A model generated the notes under the pieces. The model searched no databases. It saw nothing but the letters and a program-made list of their open reading frames with translations, and was not told the origin of the DNA. The position numbers and the translations under genes are program-made. A stretch of DNA of 64,000 nucleotides, from contig CAWKNZ010000008.1 in NCBI GenBank assembly GCA_963851265.1, forward strand, positions 192,001 through 256,000, in the 5' to 3' direction. Below are positions 49,556 to 58,111 of this stretch, in pieces; position 1 is the first letter of the stretch; each line of letters opens with the position of its first letter. The DNA comes from an uncultured Gemmatimonadales bacterium. Lineage in GTDB: Bacteria; Gemmatimonadota; Gemmatimonadetes; Gemmatimonadales; Gemmatimonadaceae.

Positions 49556-51094
49556 TCACAGCTCGAACCCGAGCGCCAGGTTGACGTGGTCGGCCGCGAA
49601 GGTGCGCCCGCCCGCGTAGCGCGTGCCGAGCCGCCGGTATTCGAGCCCGAGTACGAGGGGCTGCGCCGGACGCCAGCGCAGGTGCGCCGCACAGGTGGCG
49701 TTCCGCTCCCGGTCGGGGCGGTCCTCGGCGCGCGGGTGGTCCACGCCGCAGCCGACACCGCCGGCGAGCGCGCGCGTCGCCTGCACGTTCAGCTGTGCCC
49801 AGCCGGCCACGGTGCGCACCGCCGGCCCGAACGAGCCGGCCGGCGCGCCCGGCACCGGCGACCCGAAGTTCTGCCCGATGCCGCCGCCCCCGAGCCCCGC
49901 GAGTAGCTGCCCGCCGTACGCCTCGCCGCGCAACTCGAACCGGCCGCCGAACGCGATGCGCGCGTCGACCGTCACCGCGTTCGCGGTGAGCAGCCCCGCG
50001 TTGCCCACGCGCAGCCACCCGCGGTGCACGCCCACGCCGACCTCGCTCGGCCCGTCGCCGATGCCGAAGTCCCGGATGTCGGACTGCGGCGGCGCGTCGG
50101 GGTCCTCGGCCCCCCACCGCGCGCGCAGCCGCGCTTCGAGCGACGGTCGCCCCGACCGTTCGGCCGCGTCGCCCCCGGTGCCCGGCGCCGGCGCGTACGG
50201 GTCCGCCCCCGTCGCCGGCGCGAGCGTCGAGTCCGGTGGCGCGTACGAAGTGCCGGCGTACGGCATGAGCACCGCCCCCTGCACCGCGAGCCGCACCGCG
50301 CGGGGGCCGCGGCCCGCGCGCGCCACCTCGCGCGACGCGCGGATTTGCGGCAGCCAGTTCCACAGGTTGCCCGCGGCCCCGAACACGGGCACGCCGATGG
50401 CGGCGAGGCTTCGCGGGTCGAGGTCCGAGACGAGCGGCGTCTCCGCGCCGACCAGCACGAACCCGCTCGGCCACGCCAGCCGCGCGCCCGCGGTGCGCAG
50501 GCGCGGCTCGGGAAAGAGCGGGAGGTCGCCGTTCGCGTTGCGCGAGCCGCCGTAGAAGTCCACGTCGGCGTCGGCGTCGAGCGTGCCGCCTAACACGTCG
50601 CGCACGACGAGCCCCGCGCCGACGCGCGTCTGCCGGACCGAGAGCCCGACGACGCCGGCGGCGCGCGTACGCACCTCGGGCACCGCGAAGCTCGGGACAC
50701 CGCGGTCGTCGGTGGGCCGCGACGTCCACGCGGCGTTGGTCAGCACGCGCGCCGAGACCTCGAACGCGACGCGGGAGCGCGAGCGGACCGCGCTCTCGCT
50801 CTCGCTGCCGAGCTGCTGGCGGAGCAGGGCGATGGCCGCTTCGGCGCGCGCGAGGCGCGCGGCGAGCGAGTCGGGATTCACGCGCGCGGTGTCGCGCCGC
50901 ACGGTGTCGCGCCGTGCGGTGTCACGCGGCGCGACACCGCTGGGCGCTACGCGCCCCGGCACCTGCGCCGCGAGCGGCGCGCCGGTCGCGCACGTGGCGA
51001 CGACGAGCACGCCCCATCCGCCGCAGGACGCACGACGGGCGCGGTGGCGGGCGGCGGGCGAGACGACCCGGCGCGGCGGTCGGAAGAGCGGCAC
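49556..51094 (-). CDS. Probable outer-membrane beta-barrel porin with N-terminal coiled coil (DcaP-like)
   Basis: Signal peptide ending AAQ, coiled coil LAARLARAEAAIALLRQQ, PRLR-x-A, alternating beta-strands, C-terminal LGFEL; start uncertain. Confidence 0.7.
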   Translation of the reverse strand: MPLFRPPRRVVSPAARHRARRASCGGWGVLVVATCATGAPLAAQVPGRVAPSGVAPRDTARRDTVRRDTARVNPDSLAARLARAEAAIALLRQQLGSESESAVRSRSRVAFEVSARVLTNAAWTSRPTDDRGVPSFAVPEVRTRAAGVVGLSVRQTRVGAGLVVRDVLGGTLDADADVDFYGGSRNANGDLPLFPEPRLRTAGARLAWPSGFVLVGAETPLVSDLDPRSLAAIGVPVFGAAGNLWNWLPQIRASREVARAGRGPRAVRLAVQGAVLMPYAGTSYAPPDSTLAPATGADPYAPAPGTGGDAAERSGRPSLEARLRARWGAEDPDAPPQSDIRDFGIGDGPSEVGVGVHRGWLRVGNAGLLTANAVTVDARIAFGGRFELRGEAYGGQLLAGLGGGGIGQNFGSPVPGAPAGSFGPAVRTVAGWAQLNVQATRALAGGVGCGVDHPRAEDRPDRERNATCAAHLRWRPAQPLVLGLEYRRLGTRYAGGRTFAADHVNLALGFEL

Positions 51095-51147
51095 GTACGC
51101 GAGAGAGCGCGAGATCGGCGCGCGGCGCCGCGCGATGTGCGTGACGC

Positions 51148-52131
51148 TTACGGCGCCGCCCCGGGCGCCGGCCGCACGCCCGGTGCCCCCAATCCTAACG
51201 CCGGTACCGAAGCCAGCAATCGCGCCGGCGTATCGTCGCTCACGAGGATCACCCCGTACGCCGCGTCGGGCCACGCGACGACGGCCTGCGCGCCGTCGGC
51301 GGCGGCCAGTACGCGGTGCGCGGCCGCGGCGCTCCGCAGCGCCGCGTACCGAAAGAAGAGCGCCTCGGGCACGCGGTACTCCAGGACGAGGCGGTCGTTG
51401 CGGCGGTACGCGAGCACCGCGCTCGCCTCGCCGTCGAGCACCGTCGTCCACGCGGCCAGCAGCCGCAGCCCGGGCGCGCGCAGCGGCTCGACCGGAAAGC
51501 CGACCGCCGCGCGCAACGCGTCGAGATCGCGCGCCCGCCCCGGCAGGTCCCCGGCCGTCGACCGGCGGTAGTCCGCGAGCACCGCGGCGAGCAGCGGCAT
51601 CTCCGCGACCGGCATCGACAACGGCGCCACGCGCCCGCGCACCGCCAGGTCGGGCGACGGGGCGCGCCAGAGCGCCGCGCCTCCTCCGACGGCGAGCGCC
51701 GCCGCGACGACGGCGGCGATCACCTGCCCCCGGCGGCGCATCCACCACGCGGGCGCTCCACCAGGCGCGCGCTCGGACGCCGCACGCGGCGCGGTGTCGG
51801 CAGGGGTGGCCGTCGCGTGCAGCCCGGGCGGCGGCGCGAGGGCGGCCGTCGCCGCCAGAATCCGGTCGCGGAGCGCGGCGGGCGCGGGCAGCACGGCGTC
51901 GGCGGCCAGGCGGTCGCGCAATGCCGTCTGCGCCGCGAGGTCCCGCCGGCAGCGGACGCACCCGACGAGGTGTGCTTCCACCCGCGCGGCCGACTCGGCG
52001 GGCAGCTCGCCGTCGGCGTAGGCGCCGAGCAGGTCGGCGAGCGTCGCGTGCTGCGCCTCGCGGACGCGGGCACGCTCGGCGGCCTCGCCCGCCTCGTTCC
52101 GGCGCGCCGATCCCCCCCAGCGGTTCGTCAC
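51148..52131 (-). CDS. Zinc-finger (ZAS/zf-HC2) transmembrane anti-sigma factor
   Basis: AY-x-DGEL...HLVGCVRC, one TM, GTGA overlap with the sigma gene. Confidence 0.87.
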   Translation of the reverse strand: MTNRWGGSARRNEAGEAAERARVREAQHATLADLLGAYADGELPAESAARVEAHLVGCVRCRRDLAAQTALRDRLAADAVLPAPAALRDRILAATAALAPPPGLHATATPADTAPRAASERAPGGAPAWWMRRRGQVIAAVVAAALAVGGGAALWRAPSPDLAVRGRVAPLSMPVAEMPLLAAVLADYRRSTAGDLPGRARDLDALRAAVGFPVEPLRAPGLRLLAAWTTVLDGEASAVLAYRRNDRLVLEYRVPEALFFRYAALRSAAAAHRVLAAADGAQAVVAWPDAAYGVILVSDDTPARLLASVPALGLGAPGVRPAPGAAP

Positions 52132-52838
52132 AGCCGGGGCCCTCCACGGCGCGCATCGGGCGCGCGGCGCAGGGGGAGCACGCCGCCCATGCCCACCCCG
52201 CGCGTCCCGGTTCCGCGCGCGGCCGCGGGCGGCGCGTCCACGGCGCCGGCGCCGCGCGCGCTTCCGTCGTCGAACCACGCGCGGCGGCCCGTCATCACCG
52301 CGCCCGCCAGCAGGCGCCGCCCGCGCGAGATCCGGCTCATCACCGTGCCAATCGGGATTCCGAGCACGTCGGCGATCTCCTGATACTTGAATCCGTCGAT
52401 GTCGTGCAGCTCGACCGGGGTGGCGAAGTCGTCGGGCAAAGTCGCGAGCGCGGCGCGCACCACGACCGCGTCGAGCCGCGCGGCCACCTCGGCGAACACC
52501 GGATCGGCCTCGCCGTCGGGGTCGGCGAGGAACGCCTCGTGGGCGTCCTCGAGACGCGTGATCGAGACGAGGCGCTCGCGGCGCTCGTCGCGCTCGCGGC
52601 CGTCGGCGAGCACCGTGCGGAGAATGCGGTAGAGCCACGCCCGCGCGCTCGTCGCGTCGCGCAGTTCGCCGAACCCGACCCACGCGCGCATGTACGCCTC
52701 CTGCACCGCGTCCTCGGCGGCCGCCGCGTCCGACGTGCGGCGACGGGCGAAGCCGAGCAGGCGGTCGAGGTGCGGCAGCACGAGCGCGTGGAATCGCGCG
52801 TGTGCGTCGGCGGTCGGATCGGCGGGCGGTGAGGACAC
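52128..52838 (-). CDS. ECF RNA polymerase sigma-70 factor
   Basis: AEDAVQEAY-x-RAW...AWLYRILR (region 2), YQEIADVLGIPIGTVMSRISRGR (region 4). Confidence 0.93.
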   Translation of the reverse strand: MSSPPADPTADAHARFHALVLPHLDRLLGFARRRTSDAAAAEDAVQEAYMRAWVGFGELRDATSARAWLYRILRTVLADGRERDERRERLVSITRLEDAHEAFLADPDGEADPVFAEVAARLDAVVVRAALATLPDDFATPVELHDIDGFKYQEIADVLGIPIGTVMSRISRGRRLLAGAVMTGRRAWFDDGSARGAGAVDAPPAAARGTGTRGVGMGGVLPLRRAPDARRGGPRL

Positions 52839-52883
52839 GAGAGGACACGAACGAGAGACCCATGGGTCGGGCGCGTCCTCGAG

Positions 52884-52911
52884 TAGACGGCGCGTGCGGA
52901 GAACTTATTCC
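52884..52911 (-). promoter_or_regulatory. Putative autoregulatory ECF promoter GGAAT-N17-CGTCTA
   Basis: About 45 bp upstream of the sigma start codon. Confidence 0.7.
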
Positions 52912-52933
52912 GGCACGGCCGGGTACGCCGCAC

Positions 52934-53347
52934 ATGCGCGCCCGTCCCGCCCGCCCCACGCCCGTCCACGCGGCCGCCGCTGGTGCGGCCGTCCTGCTCG
53001 CCGGCGCCGCCGGGTGTGGCGCGAGCCACTACGCGACGGCACCGGTCACCGCGCCACGCAACCGCGTCGCGGCGACCCCGAGCCTGTACTTCGCGCCCGC
53101 CGACCTCACCATCGCGGTCGGCGACTCGGTCACGTGGGCGTTTGCCGGCGTGACGCACACGGTGATCTTCCAGCGCGGCACCACCACCGGCCCCGCGGGC
53201 ACGCCCGTCGCTGCCTCGCCCGGTGCGCCGGCGGACGTCGGGCCGACGGCGGACGCGTCGGTGACGCGGGTCTTCCCCACGCGCGGCACGTTCGGCTACG
53301 GGTGCCGGCTGCACCCGGGCATGGGCGGGGTGATCCGGGTGCGCTGA
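52934..53347 (+). CDS. Cupredoxin (plastocyanin/azurin family) lipoprotein
   Basis: Lipobox AAGC, F-x-P-x-x-LTI-x-x-GD-x-VTW, HTV, CRLHPGM. Confidence 0.85.
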   Translation: MRARPARPTPVHAAAAGAAVLLAGAAGCGASHYATAPVTAPRNRVAATPSLYFAPADLTIAVGDSVTWAFAGVTHTVIFQRGTTTGPAGTPVAASPGAPADVGPTADASVTRVFPTRGTFGYGCRLHPGMGGVIRVR

Positions 53348-53378
53348 GCGCGCGGGCGTCGGAGCCCGCCGCCGCGCC

Positions 53379-53765
53379 CTAGCGCGCGGCGACCGTCACC
53401 GTGCCGACCATCGACGGGTGGATGTGGCAGGTGTACCGGTACGTGCCGGGCGTGGCGAACACGCGCGGGATGTTGATGCTCACGTTGCTCCCCGTGATGT
53501 TGGCGGGCGCGCCGGGTACGGAGTCGAAGAACACGTTGTGCTGGAGCGCGCTGAACGCGAACGTGACGGTGTCGCCGGCCGTGACCGACACCGCCGGCGG
53601 CGCGAAGGTGAACGACGTCGTGGCGTCGACGACCTTGTTGGCCGCCGTGGCGACCGGCGCGGGGGTGGGCGCGGTGGAGTCGGTGCCGCTCCCACAGCCG
53701 AGTAGTGCAGCCATGGGCAGGGCCACGGCGCAAGCGGTCACGGCGGGGCGAATCGTTAGGCGCAT
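53379..53765 (-). CDS. Cupredoxin (plastocyanin/azurin family) lipoprotein
   Basis: Lipobox LLGC, HNV, GTY-x-Y-x-CHIHPSM-x-G. Confidence 0.88.
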   Translation of the reverse strand: MRLTIRPAVTACAVALPMAALLGCGSGTDSTAPTPAPVATAANKVVDATTSFTFAPPAVSVTAGDTVTFAFSALQHNVFFDSVPGAPANITGSNVSINIPRVFATPGTYRYTCHIHPSMVGTVTVAAR

Positions 53766-53822
53766 GGAACGTCTCCGGTAGGCGGGAAGAGCCGGCGTCG
53801 CTCGAACGCCGCCTCCCCCCCG

Positions 53823-53850
53823 CAGACGGAACGACGGTCCGCGCTATTCC
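53823..53850 (-). promoter_or_regulatory. Putative ECF promoter GGAAT-N17-CGTCTG
   Basis: Upstream of the cupredoxin gene starting at 53765. Confidence 0.65.
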
Positions 53851-53869
53851 GTCGCGCGACTCCGTGCGG

Positions 53870-54904
53870 CTACTCCAACAACAGCCGCGCGGGGTCGTAC
53901 GCCCGGTCTGCTCGCGGTGCGTCACCCCGGGCGGCAGCCGGCGCCGGCCGTCGGGTCAGCAGCGCCACTGCGCCGACGATCACCCCCGCCGCGACCACCA
54001 CGCGTGCACCGAGCGGCTCGCCCGCCACCGCCCACCCGAGCGCCACCGCCACCACCGGGTTCACGAACGCGTAGGTGGCCACGCGCGACGGCGGCTCCAC
54101 GCTCAACAGCCACACGTAGGCGCTGAACGCGACGATCGACCCGAACACCGCGAGGTAGCCGAGCGCGACGAGCGACGTGGCCGACACGGCCGACGCGCGG
54201 AACGTGGCGGGCTCGCCCGCGAGCGCGCTCGCGCCGAGCAGGAGGGCGCCCCCGGCGAGCATCTGCATTCCCGTCGTGAGCGCGGCGGACTCCGGCAGGC
54301 GCGCACGCCCGGCCGGGCTGCTCGCCCAGAGCGAGCCCGCGGCCCACGTCAGCGCGCCCGCCATCACGACCGCCGCGCCCGCGAGGTCGACGTGCCCGCC
54401 GCCCGTCGCACCCGGCCCGATCAGGACGACCACCCCCGCGAGACCGAGCGCGAGCCCCAGCGCCGTCGTCGCCGTCGGCCGCGTGCCGCCGGGCCGCCAC
54501 CATCCGAGCAGCACGATCCAGAGCGGTTCGGTGGCGATCAGCAGCGCGGCCACCCCCGACGGCACGCGCTGCTCGGCCCACGTCACGCCGCCGTTGCCGA
54601 CGAGCAGGAGGAGCGCGCCAACGACCGCCGCCGCCCCCCACTGCCCGAGCGTGGGCCGTGCGGCACCACGCGCCCGCGCCCACCCGTACAGCAGCGCGCC
54701 GGCCAGCAGGAATCGCACGGCGGCCATCCCGAACGGGGGCAGCGTCGTGAGCCCGAAGCGGATGCCGAGGTAGGTCGATCCCCAGATCAGGTACAGCGCG
54801 GCGTACGCGGCGAGCACCGCGGCCTGCCGCGGCCGCGCCGCGTGGCGCGCCGCGTGGCGCGCCGCGTGGAGCGCGCCGCGCGGCGCCTCAGCCGCGGCGG
54901 ACAT
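53870..54904 (-). CDS. yedA: EamA/DMT family transporter (YedA-like)
   Basis: LYLIWGSTYLGIR, PPF, VPSGVAAL, GSIVAFSAY, YAFVNPVVAV. Confidence 0.9.
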   Translation of the reverse strand: MSAAAEAPRGALHAARHAARHAARPRQAAVLAAYAALYLIWGSTYLGIRFGLTTLPPFGMAAVRFLLAGALLYGWARARGAARPTLGQWGAAAVVGALLLLVGNGGVTWAEQRVPSGVAALLIATEPLWIVLLGWWRPGGTRPTATTALGLALGLAGVVVLIGPGATGGGHVDLAGAAVVMAGALTWAAGSLWASSPAGRARLPESAALTTGMQMLAGGALLLGASALAGEPATFRASAVSATSLVALGYLAVFGSIVAFSAYVWLLSVEPPSRVATYAFVNPVVAVALGWAVAGEPLGARVVVAAGVIVGAVALLTRRPAPAAARGDAPRADRAYDPARLLLE

Positions 54905-55394
54905 CCGACGCCTCGCGGTATGGCGACGCCGGTGCCACCGCGTCGTCGGGCATCGGCAGCACGGTCGTGGTCTTCAGCGTCTTGAGCACGATCGTCGTAC
55001 GCGTCGAGAGTACCGACGGCACGCCGTTGAACGTCTCGCGCAACCGCTCGTAGAGGTCCTCCGGATCGGCCGCGCGCACCTTCACGAGATAGCAGTCCTC
55101 CCCCGCGACGTCGTGGACTTCGAGGACACCGGGCACGTTCGCCAGCCGCTCGGCCGTGTCGGGCGACCCGCGGTCGGTGGTGCGGACGAACACGAACGCG
55201 AGCAGGCCGAGGTCGAGCGCGCGCGGGTCGAGGTCGAGCGCGTACCCGCGAATCACGCCGCGCTCCTCGAGCTTGCGCACGCGCTCGACCACGGCCGACG
55301 GCGCCATCCCGACCCGGCGCGCCAACTCGGCGTGCGAGGTCCGGGCGTTCTCCTGGAGCGCCGCAATGAGCTGGCGATCGATCGCGTCGAGCAT
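54888..55394 (-). CDS. Lrp/AsnC family transcriptional regulator
   Basis: LDAIDRQL...NARTS-x-x-ELA...ERVRKLE-x-x-GVI-x-GY, GEDCYLVKV. Confidence 0.93.
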   Translation of the reverse strand: MLDAIDRQLIAALQENARTSHAELARRVGMAPSAVVERVRKLEERGVIRGYALDLDPRALDLGLLAFVFVRTTDRGSPDTAERLANVPGVLEVHDVAGEDCYLVKVRAADPEDLYERLRETFNGVPSVLSTRTTIVLKTLKTTTVLPMPDDAVAPASPYREASDVRRG

Positions 55395-55685
55395 GATCGT
55401 TTCGGTATGCGTGTTCGGTTGGCGTTGATTCAACGACGATATGCATGATTATACGCACCTTCCACGCCGTGTAACCGCTTCGACAGAAATATCGACGTCT
55501 GCTTCTAGGCGGGATTTCGTGACCCGCGTCCGGATCCGGCGCCGCGAACGTCCGTCACCCCCCGCAGGTCGGCGTCGCGCGGCTTGCCGTGCCGGGCCCG
55601 GTGCGTAGCGTGTGCCCCGCGGTCGAGCGCGCCGTCGGGCCATCCGGGTCGGCGGCCCCACCGTCCCACCTCGGTCACAGCGTTC

Positions 55686-58076
55686 ATGATCTCGCGCCTC
55701 GTCCCGCCCGCGCTTCTCGCGTGCCTGCTCGCGCCGGCGTTCTCCGCCGCCGCGCAGCCTGCCGACACGCTGCACGCGCCGGGACTGCACGGCCCGGTCG
55801 CGATCGTCCGCGACTCCAACGGGATCGCGCACATCCGCGCGCGCGACGAACACGACCTGTTCTTCGCGCAGGGGTGGAACGTCGCGCGCGACCGCCTGTT
55901 TCAGCTCGAGCTCTGGCGACGGCAGGCCACCGGCACCATGGCCGAAGCGCTGGGACCGCGCTGGGCGCCCCGCGACCGCGCGGCACGGCTGTTCGCGTAC
56001 CGCGGCGACCCGGACGCCGAGCTCGCGCACTACCACCCGCACGGCGCGGCCATCGTCCGGGCGTTCGCCGACGGCGTCAACGCCCGCATCGCGCAGGTGG
56101 ACGCCGACCCCGCGCTGCTGCCGCCCGAGCTGCGGGCGTTAGGCATGCGCCCCGGCCGCTGGACGCCCGCGGTGGTCGTCTCGCGCCACAACGCGCTCGC
56201 CGCGAACGCGGAGCAGGAGGTCGACCTCGCGCGCGCGGTGCGGGCGATGGGCGTCGACGCGGTGCGCGCCGTCGGCCGCTTCGAGCCAGCGCCCGTGGTG
56301 CTCGCCCCCGACTCGGCCGTCGACGTCGCCGCGCTCGACGACTCGGTCCTCGCCGCGTACCGCGCCTGGCGCGCGCCGGTCACCTTCACGGCGGGCGAAC
56401 TGGTCGCGTCGGCACCCCCGGTCCCGCTCGTCCCGGCCGGGGACGAGCAGCGCGACGGCTCGAACAACTGGGTGATCGCCGGTACGCACACCGCGAGCGG
56501 CAAGCCGCTGCTCGCCAACGACCCGCACCGCACCATCCAGCTGCCGTCGCTCCGGTACTGGGTGCACCTCACCGCGCCCGGGTGGGACGTGGTCGGCGCG
56601 GGCGAGCCGGCGCTGCCGGGCGTGTCGGTCGGGCACAACGCCCACGGCGCGTGGGGCCTCACCATCTTCGGCCTCGACGTCGAGGACGTGTACGTGTATC
56701 GCACCGACCCGGCCGATCCCACACGCTACCGGTACCGCGGCGGGTGGGAGCGGATGCGCGAGGCGCGCGACACCGTGCGCGTGCGCGGCGCGCCACCGCA
56801 GCCGGCCGTGCTCCGCTTCACGCGCCACGGCCCCGTGCTCTGGGAGGATCGCGCGCGGCACCTCGCCTACGCGCTGCGCGCGGCGTGGCTGGAGCCGGGC
56901 ACCGCGCCCTACCTGGCGAGCCTCCGCCTCGACCAGGCGCGCACCTGGGCCGAGTTCCGCGACGGGGCCGTGCGCCACCTGATGCCCGCGGAGAACCTGA
57001 TCTGGGCCGACACCGGCGGCACCATCGGCTGGCAGGCCTCCGGCATCGCCCCGGTGCGACACGGGTGGACGGGGCTCGTCCCCGTGCCGGGCGACGGCCG
57101 GTACGAGTGGGCGGGATTCCTCCCCATCAACGAGCTCCCCCACGTGGTGAACCCGCCGGGCGGCGTGATTGCCACGGCCAACGAGAACAACGTGCCCGCC
57201 GGCTACGCGCACACCGACGCCGTGGGCCGCGGCGGCTGGGCCGACCCGTGGCGCGTCCGGCGCGTGCGCGAGGTGCTCGACACGACGCGCGGCGCGACCG
57301 CCGCCCGCATGGCCGCGCTGCAGCAGGACGTGGTCTCGCTGCCCGCGCGCGCGCTCACGCCGCTGCTGCGCGCCGTCACGCCGGCGGACACCGCGGCACG
57401 TTGGGCGCGCGACACGCTGCTCGCCTGGGACCACACCCTCGCGCCCACCAGCGTCCCCGCGGCGGTGTACGTCGCGTGGGAGCGCGCCCTGCTGCAGCGC
57501 GCGGCCGCGCGCGTCGTCCCGCCCGCGGCCCGCGCCTACCTGCACGGCGTGAGCGTGGCGCGCCTCGTCGAGTGGCTCACGGCGCCCGCCACGGCCCCGC
57601 GCACCCTCTTCGGCGGCGCCGGCGCGGCCGCGCGCGACTCACTCCTTGCCGCCGCACTCGACGACGCGGTCGGCGACCTCCGACGCCGGCTCGGCGCCGA
57701 CCACGGCACGTGGCGCTACGGTCAGCTCGCCTTCCACCACGTGCTGATCCACCACCCGCTCGACGCCGCGCTCGACTCGTCGGGGCGGGCCGCGTACGAC
57801 GCGGGCCCGCTGCCGCGCGGCGGGTACGCCAACACGGTGAACGCCACGGGCAACACCGACAACCAGACCCACGGCGCGAGCTTCCGGCTCGTCGCCGACC
57901 TCGCCGACTGGGACGCATCGCTCGGCACCAACACGCCCGGCCAGAGCGGGGACCCGCGCGACCCGCACTACCGCGACCTGTTTGCGCCGTGGGCCGCCGG
58001 GCGCACGTTCCGCGTGCCGTACACGCGCGCGGCGGTGGACCGGGCGGGCGAGTCGCGGCAGGTGCTGGTGCCGTAA
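55686..58076 (+). CDS. Penicillin acylase family Ntn-hydrolase (secreted)
   Basis: RDSNGIAHI, DRLFQLEL, GSNNW autocleavage site, ANDPH, TANE, PGQSG-x-P-x-x-PHY-x-D. Confidence 0.92.
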   Translation: MISRLVPPALLACLLAPAFSAAAQPADTLHAPGLHGPVAIVRDSNGIAHIRARDEHDLFFAQGWNVARDRLFQLELWRRQATGTMAEALGPRWAPRDRAARLFAYRGDPDAELAHYHPHGAAIVRAFADGVNARIAQVDADPALLPPELRALGMRPGRWTPAVVVSRHNALAANAEQEVDLARAVRAMGVDAVRAVGRFEPAPVVLAPDSAVDVAALDDSVLAAYRAWRAPVTFTAGELVASAPPVPLVPAGDEQRDGSNNWVIAGTHTASGKPLLANDPHRTIQLPSLRYWVHLTAPGWDVVGAGEPALPGVSVGHNAHGAWGLTIFGLDVEDVYVYRTDPADPTRYRYRGGWERMREARDTVRVRGAPPQPAVLRFTRHGPVLWEDRARHLAYALRAAWLEPGTAPYLASLRLDQARTWAEFRDGAVRHLMPAENLIWADTGGTIGWQASGIAPVRHGWTGLVPVPGDGRYEWAGFLPINELPHVVNPPGGVIATANENNVPAGYAHTDAVGRGGWADPWRVRRVREVLDTTRGATAARMAALQQDVVSLPARALTPLLRAVTPADTAARWARDTLLAWDHTLAPTSVPAAVYVAWERALLQRAAARVVPPAARAYLHGVSVARLVEWLTAPATAPRTLFGGAGAAARDSLLAAALDDAVGDLRRRLGADHGTWRYGQLAFHHVLIHHPLDAALDSSGRAAYDAGPLPRGGYANTVNATGNTDNQTHGASFRLVADLADWDASLGTNTPGQSGDPRDPHYRDLFAPWAAGRTFRVPYTRAAVDRAGESRQVLVP

Positions 58077-58111
58077 GTCGGCCGACGGCGCCAGCTCAGG
58101 GAAGAGCCGGG

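Noticed and set aside
52901..52927. GAACTT-N16-GTAC as a fifth ECF promoter for the plus-strand cupredoxin
   Set aside because: The -10 element does not match CGTCT, and it overlaps the better minus-strand site.
2267..56144. TTAGGC equals the nematode telomere repeat
   Set aside because: Copies are dispersed singletons inside bacterial genes, not tandem arrays; treated as coincidence rather than contamination.
2267..56144. bldA-like TTA codon regulation as the explanation for the GTTAGGC motif
   Set aside because: The motif also occurs as Pro-Asn, Arg-Leu-Thr, stop codons and intergenic sequence, so it is not tied to the TTA frame.
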